Shown here: piece by piece, positions 41,026 through 49,056 of the stretch
Numbering within the stretch: the stretch's first letter is position 1
How the letters are laid out: every line of letters starts with the position of its first letter
Origin: Alphaproteobacteria bacterium
GTDB taxonomy: Bacteria > Pseudomonadota > Alphaproteobacteria > GCA-2731375
DNA length: 64,000 nt
NCBI GenBank assembly: GCA_965232515.1
Contig: CBDDPY010000002.1
Coordinates: 5,226,193 to 5,290,192 of the forward strand
Reading direction: 5' to 3'
Translations under genes and position numbers: made by a program
The notes under the pieces: model-generated
Told to the model about the DNA's origin: nothing
Database searches by the model: none
What the model saw: the letters and a program-made list of their open reading frames with translations, nothing else

Positions 41026-42051
41026 ATGGCACAGCCAGCCGGCAACCGGCGCGAACGGCGCCGCAAGACCTGGAGCGCGCTGGGCGATCTCGGCCGCAAG
41101 CCGACGGAATACGAGATCGTCACGCACGGCATGAACCATACCGGCGGCGAGACGCCGCTGGAGATGGGCCCCGACGTCCACGGCAATGCCTGGCTGAAGA
41201 AGTATCGCGACGACATCGCGCTGAAGGTCGGCAACTGGGACGAATTCCGCGATCCCGACCAGCTCACCTACGGCAAATACGTCCGCCTGCAGGACGAGCA
41301 GGAGGCCTATATCGACAACCTGCTCGAGGAGTACACCGAGCGCAAGCCGTCGGACGAAAAGCTGTCGAGCACGGCGCTGGCGTTTCTCGGTTCATGCCTC
41401 ACGCCCGGCCGCTATCTGGTGCACGGCCAGCAGATGATGTCGGCCTATATTCAGCAGATCGCGGCTTCGAGCTACGTCGCCAACGGCGCCTCGTTCCAGG
41501 CCGCCGATCAGCTGCGCCGGGTGCAGCGCATCGCCTACCGCACCAAGCAGCTCGATCTCGCGCATCCGACCCACGGCTTCGGCAGCAGCGAGCGCGGGAT
41601 CTGGGAGAACGAGCCGCTCTGGCAGCCCATGCGCCAGGCGGTCGAACGGTTGCTCGTCACCTTCGCCTGGGACGAGGCGCTGATCGCCACCAATCTCGTG
41701 GTAAAGCCGATCTGCGACGACATCTTCCTGCGGCAGTTTGCCCGGGTCGCCTGGTCGCTCGACGACGGCCTCGACGCGCTGATCGCCGACAACCTCTATC
41801 GCGATGCCGAGCGGCACCAGCGCTTTATCGTCGCCGCCTGCCAGCACGCTATCGCCGCCGACCGGGCGAATCGCGACGTGATCTGGGGCCATGTCGAGGC
41901 CTGGCAGGAGACTGGCGAGGCCATCATCGTATCCGGCGCCAAGCTGATCACGCAGCACGCTGACGGCATGGTCGCGGGCGAGATCGAGGCCGAATTGCGA
42001 AGCGCTTGGCAGCAGCTGCTACGGGACGCCGGCCTGACCCACGATGCCTGA
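41026..42051 (+). CDS. isoE: soluble diiron monooxygenase beta subunit (TmoE/IsoE-like)
   Basis: 341 aa, helical ferritin-like protein lacking the full diiron ligand set. RBS GAGGAGAGG. Confidence 0.8.
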   Translation: MAQPAGNRRERRRKTWSALGDLGRKPTEYEIVTHGMNHTGGETPLEMGPDVHGNAWLKKYRDDIALKVGNWDEFRDPDQLTYGKYVRLQDEQEAYIDNLLEEYTERKPSDEKLSSTALAFLGSCLTPGRYLVHGQQMMSAYIQQIAASSYVANGASFQAADQLRRVQRIAYRTKQLDLAHPTHGFGSSERGIWENEPLWQPMRQAVERLLVTFAWDEALIATNLVVKPICDDIFLRQFARVAWSLDDGLDALIADNLYRDAERHQRFIVAACQHAIAADRANRDVIWGHVEAWQETGEAIIVSGAKLITQHADGMVAGEIEAELRSAWQQLLRDAGLTHDA

Positions 42052-43075
42052 CGGCGGCGCCGGGGCACGGTCGTATCGGATCACGCTGTCGGGCAGCGGC
42101 GCGACGTTCGATTGTCGGTCCGACGAGACGTTGCTGCGGGCCGGTCTCGCCGCCGGTCTGGCCATGCCGTATGAATGCGCCAGCGGCGCCTGCGGTTCCT
42201 GCAAGGCGCGGCTGGTCGACGGCGAGGTGAACATGCGCTGGCCGGACGCCCCCGGCCTGTCGGCGCGCGACCGGGCGAAGGGCAACCGTATCCTCTGCTG
42301 TCAGTCCCTGCCGACCGAGGACTGCACCATCAACGTGCGGGCCGAGGCCGGCAGTCCGGAACCGGCGCCCCGTCCGATATCGGCCGAGGTCGCGGAGATC
42401 GCCGACCTCTGCGACGGCGTGCGCCGGATCGTGCTGACCACCGCGACGCCGATTGATTTCCTTGCCGGTCAGTTCGTGCTGCTACGCCTGCCGGGCGACG
42501 GCGGCTACCGCGCCTATTCCATGGCCAACGCGCCGGCGGGCACGACAGACCTGATTCTCCTGATCAAGGCCAAGCCGGGCGGCCAGGCAACGGCGCATTT
42601 GTTCGATCGCATGGCCGTTGGCGACGGCGTCGATCTCGAGGGTCCCTATGGGCGGGGCTATTTGCGCGAGGACAGCGACCGGCCGCTGATCGCCGTTGCC
42701 GGCGGTTCGGGGTTGGCGCCGATGCTGTCGATCGTGCGCCGCGCGGTCGGTCTGTGGCCGGACAGGCCGGTGCATCTCTATTTCGGCGCCGACACGCGGG
42801 CGGCGCTGTTCTGCCTCGACGAAATCGCCGCACTGGCGGCGCTGTTTCCCCGCTTCCGTCCGACGCTGGCGTTGCGCGATGGCCGGCCGGACGCCGGTTC
42901 GCTGCCTGTCGAGACCGGCCTGGTCGGCGACGTCATGTTGCGCGGCGAACCCGACCCGCAGGGAGCGGACCTCTATCTCGCCGGGCCCGGCGGCATGGTC
43001 GATGCCGTGCTGGCCCAGACCGTCCGCGCCAACGCCATCCCCGCCGACCGCGTGTTCTTCGATCGCTTCGTTTGA
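42044..43075 (+). CDS. isoF: NADH:ferredoxin oxidoreductase with plant-type [2Fe-2S] domain (TmoF/IsoF-like)
   Basis: CASGACGSCK...C ferredoxin motif, RAYSMAN (RxYS FAD motif), GGSGLAP (NAD motif). 8-nt overlap with isoE. Confidence 0.85.
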   Translation: MPDGGAGARSYRITLSGSGATFDCRSDETLLRAGLAAGLAMPYECASGACGSCKARLVDGEVNMRWPDAPGLSARDRAKGNRILCCQSLPTEDCTINVRAEAGSPEPAPRPISAEVAEIADLCDGVRRIVLTTATPIDFLAGQFVLLRLPGDGGYRAYSMANAPAGTTDLILLIKAKPGGQATAHLFDRMAVGDGVDLEGPYGRGYLREDSDRPLIAVAGGSGLAPMLSIVRRAVGLWPDRPVHLYFGADTRAALFCLDEIAALAALFPRFRPTLALRDGRPDAGSLPVETGLVGDVMLRGEPDPQGADLYLAGPGGMVDAVLAQTVRANAIPADRVFFDRFV

Positions 43076-43085
43076 GCAAACCGCC

Positions 43086-44231
43086 GTGACCCACGATCCG
43101 GATCGCTTCGAGCGCAACTTCATCGGCGGCCATTGGGTCTTCACCCGCGAGGGCTACGACTTCGACATCTACGATCCGTCCAACAGCCGGGTCATCGGAA
43201 CCGTGCCGCTGTCGTCGCGCTTCGACGTCGCCCGCGCCGTCGCCGCGGCCGAGGCGGCGCTGCCGGACTGGTCGGGACGCGCGGCCGCCGACCGCGCCGC
43301 CATCGTCTTCCGCGCCATATCGCTGATGGAGGCGGATCTCGACGCCATCGCCGCGCTCGAAGCCCGCGACACCGGCCTGCCGGTCATCCAGGCTCGCGCC
43401 GAGATCGCGGCCGCGCTGGCCCGGGCCGGCACGACGCGGCAAGCCGCGTCGCGGCCCGCCGGCGTGGTCGGCCAGATTCTGTCCTGGAGTGGCCCGTTCG
43501 CGCATGCCTGCCGCACGCTGCTGCCGGCGCTCGCCGATGGCGACGCGGTCGTCGTCAAACCGTCGCTGCGGGCGCCCCTGTCGCTCGTCCGGTTCGCCGA
43601 AAGCCTGCAGGCGACCGGCCTCCCGGCCGGCGTTCTCAATCTGGTGCAGGGCACGGGCATCGACGTGGGCGCCGCGCTCGCCGCGCATGCCGGCCTGTCC
43701 GAGCTCGGTTTCCAGGGCTCGCGCCAGACCGGCAGGAGCGTCACGCGCGCCGCGGCAAACAACGACACACCCTTGCAGTCCGCCTTCCGCCACCCTGTCC
43801 GGACAATCGTGCAGGCCGACACCGACCTCGATGCGACGATCGGTGACATCGCCGACAGAACTCTGGGCCACGCCGCGCGTGCCGGCTATGGCGGCCAGAT
43901 CGTCCAGATCGCGCCATCCCGCATTGATGACCTGATGACCGGGCTAACAGGGATCTTCGATGCCGTGCGCTACGACACCGCGTCGCAAGGATCGGGCTCG
44001 ATCGCGCCCATGATCGCCGAGACCTACCGCGACGCGCGGCGGGCGCTGTTGGACGAATTCCGCGAGGCGGGCGTCGAAACGCTACATACCGGCCCGGAAC
44101 CGTCGGCCCGGATCGCGCGCATGGGCTGGTTCGTGCCGCCGGTGATCCTGCGCGACGACGCGCAAACCATCGACATCGACGGCGATCAGCCTCTTGGGCC
44201 CACCGTGATCCTACGAGTGCTCGCCGGTTAG
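43086..44231 (+). CDS. aldehyde-dehydrogenase-like protein that is short and appears to lack the catalytic residues
   Basis: The GTG at 43086 is the only plausible start. ALDH landmarks are recognisable (NFIGGHWV, VVVKPS, GLPAGVLNLVQG, FQGS, QADTDLD, LGPTV). In my by-eye alignment the ELGG Glu, the GQxC Cys and the PWN Asn positions read SAFRH, GQIV and SWS. Confidence 0.6.
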   Translation: MTHDPDRFERNFIGGHWVFTREGYDFDIYDPSNSRVIGTVPLSSRFDVARAVAAAEAALPDWSGRAAADRAAIVFRAISLMEADLDAIAALEARDTGLPVIQARAEIAAALARAGTTRQAASRPAGVVGQILSWSGPFAHACRTLLPALADGDAVVVKPSLRAPLSLVRFAESLQATGLPAGVLNLVQGTGIDVGAALAAHAGLSELGFQGSRQTGRSVTRAAANNDTPLQSAFRHPVRTIVQADTDLDATIGDIADRTLGHAARAGYGGQIVQIAPSRIDDLMTGLTGIFDAVRYDTASQGSGSIAPMIAETYRDARRALLDEFREAGVETLHTGPEPSARIARMGWFVPPVILRDDAQTIDIDGDQPLGPTVILRVLAG

Positions 44232-45895
44232 TTCCGGCTTTCCAGCAGGCGGCGGGCGATGACCTGGGCCTGGATCTCGCCGGCGCCCTCGAAGATGTTG
44301 AGGATGCGGGCGTCGCAGAGCACGCGGCTGATCGGGTATTCCAGCGCGAAGCCGTTGCCGCCGTGGATCTGCAGCGCGTTGTCGGCCGACGACCAGGCGA
44401 CCCGCGCGGCCAGCAGCTTGGCCATGCCGGCCTCCAGATCGCAGCGTCGGTCCTGATCCTTCTCGCGGGCCGAGAAATAGACGAGTTGGCGCGCCATCAT
44501 GGTCTCGACCGCCATCCAGGCGAGCTTGCCGTGCACGCGCGGGAACTCGAAGATGGCGCCGCCGAACTGCTGCCGCTCGTTGGCGTAGGCGAGCCCTAAA
44601 TCGATGGCGCTCTGAGCAACGCCGACGGCGCGCGCCGCGGTCTGGATGCGGGCCGACTCGAAGGTCGCCATCAGCTGCTTGAAGCCGTGGCCCTCCTGGC
44701 CGCCCAGCAAGTTTTCGGCTTTCACTTCGAATCCGTCGAAGCCGAGCTCGTATTCCTTCATGCCGCGATAGCCCAGCACCTCGATCTCGCCGCCCGTCAT
44801 GCCGGCGGCCGGGAACGGCTCGGCGTCGGTGCCGCGCGGCTTCTCGGCCAGGAACATCGACAGGCCGCGATAGCCGGCCTCGTCCGGATCGGTCCGGGCC
44901 AGCAACGTCATCAGGTCGGCGCGCGCCGCGTGCGTGATCCAGGTCTTGTTGCCGGTGACCTTGTAGACCTCGCCGTCGCGCACCGCGCGCGTGCGCAGGC
45001 TGGCGAGATCCGAGCCGGTATTGGGCTCGGTGAACACTGCCGTCGGCAGGATCTCGCCGCTGGCGATCTTCGGCAGCCATTTTTGCTTCTGTTCCTCGGT
45101 GCCGCCGCACATGATCAGCTCGGCGGCGATCTCCGAGCGGGTGCCCAGCGAGCCGACGCCGATATAGCCGCGGCAGAGCTCCTCCGAGACCACGCACATC
45201 GCCATCTTGCCCATGCCGTGGCCGCCATAAGCTTCCGGGATCGTCAGGCCGAACACGCCGAGTTCATTCATCCGCTCGATCACGTCCATGGGGATCAGCT
45301 TGTCGCCCAGGTGCCAGTCGTGCGCGTCGGGGGTGACGTGGTCGACGGTGAAGCGGCGGAACTGGTCGCGCACCATGACCATGGTGTCGTCGAGGCCGTC
45401 CTCGCCGAAATGGCCGTCGCGGATCAACTCGCCGATGCGGCCGCGGACCGCCGCCGTGTTGCCGTTGCGGATCAGCTCGGCCACCGCCTCGGTCCAGAAG
45501 GCGTGGATCTCGTCGTCGCTCAGGCCCAGGTCGGCCGGACGCACGACCTCGACCTGGCTCATCGCGATGCCGCCGGCCATCTCGGCCAGATAGCCTCCGA
45601 AGCCGGCCCGCAGCATCAGGCTCTCCAGCTCGCCGAACCGGCCCTCAGCCTGCAGGCGCTCGGCCCAGGCCAGCGACTGACGCAGCGCTTCGAGATAGGT
45701 CGCGTACCAGGCGAAGCCGTGTACGGCGAACTGCTGCTGGTTGATCAGGCCCGCGTCGATCCGGCCGTCGCGGCCGACCAGCGTGCGCAGCCGCTGGCGC
45801 GCAGCCTCGACCAGCCGCTCGGCCGCGTTCAGCACCTCGCGATAGGTGGCGGGAATGTCGTGCGCGTGCGTGTCCGAGGCCGGTTGGAGCGACAT
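44228..45895 (-). CDS. acyl-CoA dehydrogenase family protein (long form with an extra N-terminal domain)
   Basis: 555 aa, FTEPNTGSDL, KTWITHA, QIHGGNGFALEYPISR. Confidence 0.9.
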   Translation of the reverse strand: MSLQPASDTHAHDIPATYREVLNAAERLVEAARQRLRTLVGRDGRIDAGLINQQQFAVHGFAWYATYLEALRQSLAWAERLQAEGRFGELESLMLRAGFGGYLAEMAGGIAMSQVEVVRPADLGLSDDEIHAFWTEAVAELIRNGNTAAVRGRIGELIRDGHFGEDGLDDTMVMVRDQFRRFTVDHVTPDAHDWHLGDKLIPMDVIERMNELGVFGLTIPEAYGGHGMGKMAMCVVSEELCRGYIGVGSLGTRSEIAAELIMCGGTEEQKQKWLPKIASGEILPTAVFTEPNTGSDLASLRTRAVRDGEVYKVTGNKTWITHAARADLMTLLARTDPDEAGYRGLSMFLAEKPRGTDAEPFPAAGMTGGEIEVLGYRGMKEYELGFDGFEVKAENLLGGQEGHGFKQLMATFESARIQTAARAVGVAQSAIDLGLAYANERQQFGGAIFEFPRVHGKLAWMAVETMMARQLVYFSAREKDQDRRCDLEAGMAKLLAARVAWSSADNALQIHGGNGFALEYPISRVLCDARILNIFEGAGEIQAQVIARRLLESRN

Positions 45896-46236
45896 GGGCG
45901 GAATCCTTTTTGAACAACTGTTTTCTAATTTACCGCCATGGACTGGTGTCGCACCAGGGACGCGGCAACGATGAGTCTAATATAGGGCAAACGAGCGCGC
46001 GACCGCACGAACCCGGGCATTTGGTTAAAAAATCGCAAAAAACCGGGATTGTTGTGACGGGTGTCACTGGCCGCGAGGATTGCTTGCGCCAATCTACCAA
46101 GCGTACCCGATGAGTGTCGTCAAGCGGTCCCCGAGGGACCCCCCAACCCCGAAGGGGACCGTCAGAGTAAGCGTAAAATTGCGTACCCCGATAGTAAGTT
46201 GATCGCGAGCGCATGACCTCCGCGCCCGTGTGTAAA

Positions 46237-46304
46237 GCGCCGAAGAGATCCCTCCCTCGGCGCGCGTACAGCCCGGCCGTTCCCCCCAAGGCGGCCGGGC
46301 TTTT
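46237..46304 (+). ncRNA. candidate small RNA 3' module: C-rich-loop hairpin plus intrinsic terminator (5' end undefined)
   Basis: Hairpin GCGCCGA-agagatCCCTCCC-TCGGCGC (46237-46263), then GCCCGGCCG-ttccccccaag-gCGGCCGGGC followed by TTTT. No credible + strand ORF lies upstream. Confidence 0.35.
46271..46304 (+). terminator. rho-independent terminator
   Basis: 9-bp GC stem (46271-79 / 46292-300) followed by TTTT (46301-04). Confidence 0.6.
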
Positions 46305-46467
46305 CATTGCCTCCTGACCACCGATCTCGACTTCTCGGGCCGATTCTGCTAGTATTCATCCATGCTTTTGGACCACAGCCCCGTGGGCGCGATTGCGCGA
46401 ATTACGGGCCCGGCCATGTCAGGTGGCCGGGACGTTTTCGTTCGCCGCAATTCCAGCCCCACGGAGT

Positions 46468-46797
46468 ATGTCGTCCATGTCGTTGCAATCGGCTGAGTAC
46501 AGCCCCAACCCACCCTCTCTGAACCCGACCGAGCCGGCCTATCGCTTTTGCGTGCGTTCGGCCGTCGATCCGTCCGTGCTGTCGCGCGTCGTCGAGCTGT
46601 TCGCGCTGCGCAATCTCGTGCCGCACGCCGTTTCAAGCCGCCTCGACGGCCGGCGCGAGCCGGAGCTGCGCATCGATGTCGATGTCTGCGGCCTGGCCGA
46701 CAACGAGGCCGAACACATCGCCCGGCGCATCGACCAGTTCATGCCGGTGATCAGCGTCCTGCTGGAACGCGACGAGGCGGTCCGGGCCAGCGCCTGA
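46468..46797 (+). CDS. hypothetical protein
   Basis: Part of ORF 46393..46797. ATGs at 46468 and 46477 follow GGAG (46463-66). No family recognised. Confidence 0.45.
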   Translation: MSSMSLQSAEYSPNPPSLNPTEPAYRFCVRSAVDPSVLSRVVELFALRNLVPHAVSSRLDGRREPELRIDVDVCGLADNEAEHIARRIDQFMPVISVLLERDEAVRASA

Positions 46798-46832
46798 CGC
46801 TTTGCCACCACGTCGCGGGTCGATATCGCATG

Positions 46833-46865
46833 CTTCGAGACGGGTCCTTCGGACCCTCCTCAGGA
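46833..46865. repeat. left half of a long REP-like compound palindrome interrupted by the IS
   Basis: cttcgagacgggtccttcggaccctcctcagga matches the left arm of the copy at 23997. Confidence 0.6.
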
Positions 46866-48044
46866 TGGAGACCTTTGCACGGTTTTGGGAAGCGTGATTC
46901 ACTGACGGTATAGGGGCTGTCGGTGAGGGTTTGAGATGTCTCGCAAGCGTGTTGGTCAGCTGGGGTTTGAGGACGCGGTTGTCGAGGCGCGGCTTGGCGC
47001 TCGGTTCGATCGGCTGTCGAAGATCAATGATCTTGTGGACTGGCGGCCGTTTGAGGCGCTGCTGGAGGGGCTTTATCCGTCGCGTCGGGGCGAGCCGTCT
47101 TATCCGGCGCTGATCATGTTCAAGGTGCTGCTGTTGCAGCGCTGGTACAATCTGTCGGATCCGATGATGGAGGAGGCGTTGGCGGACCGGATCTCGTTCC
47201 GTCGGTTTGTCGGTCTGAGCCTGAGCGATCCGGTTCCCGATCACTCGACGATCCACCGTTTCCGGGACCGTCTACGCGGGGCGGCGCGTCTTGAGGCGCT
47301 GATGGGGGAGTTGTCGCGTCAGCTCGAAGCGCACCAGGTCGTGCTCAAACAAGGCACGTTGATTGATGCCAGCCTGGTGAGCAGCGCGGCGCGGCGGCCT
47401 CGGATCAAGGAAGGCCGGACCAGCCGGACCGATCCGGATGCGCGCTTTGGCACCAACAACGAGCGCCGGCGCTATAGCTTTGGCTACAAGCTGCATGTGG
47501 CCGTGGATCAGGGCTCGGCGCTGATCCGCGGCCTGTTTCTGACGCCGGCCAATCGCCAGGAGATCGACTTTGCCGCCGATTTGGTTCAGGGCGACGAGCA
47601 GGCCGTCTATGCCGACCGTGGTTATGACGCCCGGCGCCTGCGCGATCATCTGGCGGCGCTCGGCATCGCCGACGGGGTCATGCGCCATGCCCGTAAAGGC
47701 AGGCCGCTCAACGCCGAAGAGACCGCCCGGAACCACCGGCTGGTGGCCCGGCGCCGACCGGTCGAGAAGATCTTCGGCACCCTCAAACGAAGCTACCGCC
47801 TCAGCCGCCTGCCGCATTTCAGCCAAGCACGCAACGAAGTCACCGTCACGCTCGCCTGTTTCGCCTACAACCTGCGACGCCTCGCCGTCCTCTGCGCAAC
47901 TTGAGGCCGCTCGATATCGACCTCATCGACAGCAAACAGGCCTCAAGCCGGTCAGCGGCTCGAAAACAGGCGCGATCGCCGCTAACAACCCAGCGCCAAG
48001 CTCGAACATAGCGACAAACAACACCTACCGTGCAAAGGTCTCCA
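46866..48044 (+). mobile_element. IS5-family insertion sequence
   Basis: 18-bp perfect terminal inverted repeats TGGAGACCTTTGCACGGT (46866-46883) and ACCGTGCAAAGGTCTCCA (48027-48044) flank a single DDE transposase gene. Confidence 0.85.
46936..47904 (+). CDS. IS5-family DDE transposase
   Basis: 322 aa, N-terminal DUF4096-like region (PALIMFKVLLLQRWYNLSD), YADRGYD, VEKIFGTLKR. Confidence 0.9.
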   Translation: MSRKRVGQLGFEDAVVEARLGARFDRLSKINDLVDWRPFEALLEGLYPSRRGEPSYPALIMFKVLLLQRWYNLSDPMMEEALADRISFRRFVGLSLSDPVPDHSTIHRFRDRLRGAARLEALMGELSRQLEAHQVVLKQGTLIDASLVSSAARRPRIKEGRTSRTDPDARFGTNNERRRYSFGYKLHVAVDQGSALIRGLFLTPANRQEIDFAADLVQGDEQAVYADRGYDARRLRDHLAALGIADGVMRHARKGRPLNAEETARNHRLVARRRPVEKIFGTLKRSYRLSRLPHFSQARNEVTVTLACFAYNLRRLAVLCAT

Positions 48045-48116
48045 GCATGAGGTAAGGCATTGATGTCAAACCCAAACCTCATCCTGAGGAACGCCCGTCA
48101 GGGCGTGTCTCGAAGG
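48045..48116. repeat. right half of the interrupted REP-like compound palindrome
   Basis: gcatgaggtaagg...cctcatcctgaggaacgcccgtcagggcgtgtctcgaagg. Confidence 0.6.
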
Positions 48117-48144
48117 ATGCGCTATCGGGTTCCGATCTGAGTCG

Positions 48145-48996
48145 TTAACCCAGGCCGGCCATCCGCCTGACGTCGTCGGCGCTGGCGCCGGCGGCGCGCA
48201 ACTCCTGCAAGGTTTGCGCGCGGTCACGCTTCGACAACCGCTGTCCCTCGGCGTTGGTCAGCAGGGCGTGGTGCCGGTAGGCCGGTGTCGGCAGGTCCAG
48301 CAGCGCCTGCAGCAGCCGATGCACGTGCGTCGCATGGAACAGGTCGCGGCCGCGGATCACGTGCGAGATGCCTTGCAACGCATCGTCCACCGTCACCGAT
48401 AGATGATAGCTGGTCGGCGTGTCCTTGCGGGCCAGCACCACATCACCCAGGGGACGCGGATCGCAGGCCATCATGCCGGCATCGACATCGTGCCAGGTCA
48501 GGCCGTCGCCGGCCGTCTCGAGCGCCATTTCCAGGTCCAGCCGCAAGGCGAAGGCGTTGCCGGCCGCGATCCGCAGCGCCCGTTCCTCGGCTGAGCGCTG
48601 CCGGCAGGTGCCCGGATAGATCGGTCCATCGGGCCCATGCGGCGCGTTTGCGCTGCGGGCGATCTCGGCGGCGATGTCCTTGCGCGTGCAGAAGCAGGGA
48701 TAGAGCAGCCCCATGGCGTCCAGCCGGTCCAGACGCTCGGCGAAATCCGCGAAATGATCGGACTGCCGGCGCACCGGCTCTTCCCATGTCAGACCGAGCC
48801 AGGCGAGGTCATCGAAGATGGCCTGCTCGAATTCCGGCCGGCAGCGGCCGGCATCGATATCCTCGATCCGCAGCAGGAACCGGCCATCCGACGCCCGCGC
48901 CGCATTGAAGGCGGTGAGCGCCGAGAAGGCGTGGCCCAGATGCAGATAGCCCGTCGGGCTGGGGGCGAAGCGGGTGACGAAAGCGGTATCCGACAT
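48145..48996 (-). CDS. gluQ: tRNA glutamyl-Q(34) synthetase
   Basis: Truncated GluRS-like protein: RFAPSPTGYLHLGHA (HIGH) and LSKR (KMSKS-like). ATG at 48996 chosen (MSDTAFVTRF). Confidence 0.85.
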   Translation of the reverse strand: MSDTAFVTRFAPSPTGYLHLGHAFSALTAFNAARASDGRFLLRIEDIDAGRCRPEFEQAIFDDLAWLGLTWEEPVRRQSDHFADFAERLDRLDAMGLLYPCFCTRKDIAAEIARSANAPHGPDGPIYPGTCRQRSAEERALRIAAGNAFALRLDLEMALETAGDGLTWHDVDAGMMACDPRPLGDVVLARKDTPTSYHLSVTVDDALQGISHVIRGRDLFHATHVHRLLQALLDLPTPAYRHHALLTNAEGQRLSKRDRAQTLQELRAAGASADDVRRMAGLG

Positions 48997-49056
48997 AGGG
49001 TGACAGACTAGCAAAGGCTGGCTATGTCTTCAGGCACGCTAGTGTCAGGAGTAGGC

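Noticed and set aside
45910-46307. ORFs 45910..46113 (+, 67 aa) and 45930..46307 (-, 125 aa) in the intergenic region.
   Set aside because: They have no RBS, odd composition and overlap each other, and the region is better explained by hairpins and a terminator.
45896-46310. Structured intergenic region considered as tmRNA (two-piece alpha type), RNase P RNA, SRP RNA or 6S RNA.
   Set aside because: There is no tag-peptide reading frame (ANDN...), no T-arm/acceptor ending in CCA, no GAGGAAAGUCCGG-type RNase P core and no SRP GGAA/AGCA motif. It is kept only as an unclassified sRNA candidate.
46866-48044. Clean target-site duplication for the IS5-family element.
   Set aside because: The flanking bases (…cctcagga | gcatgagg…) give at best an imperfect 4-bp GGAT/GCAT, so no TSD is claimed.
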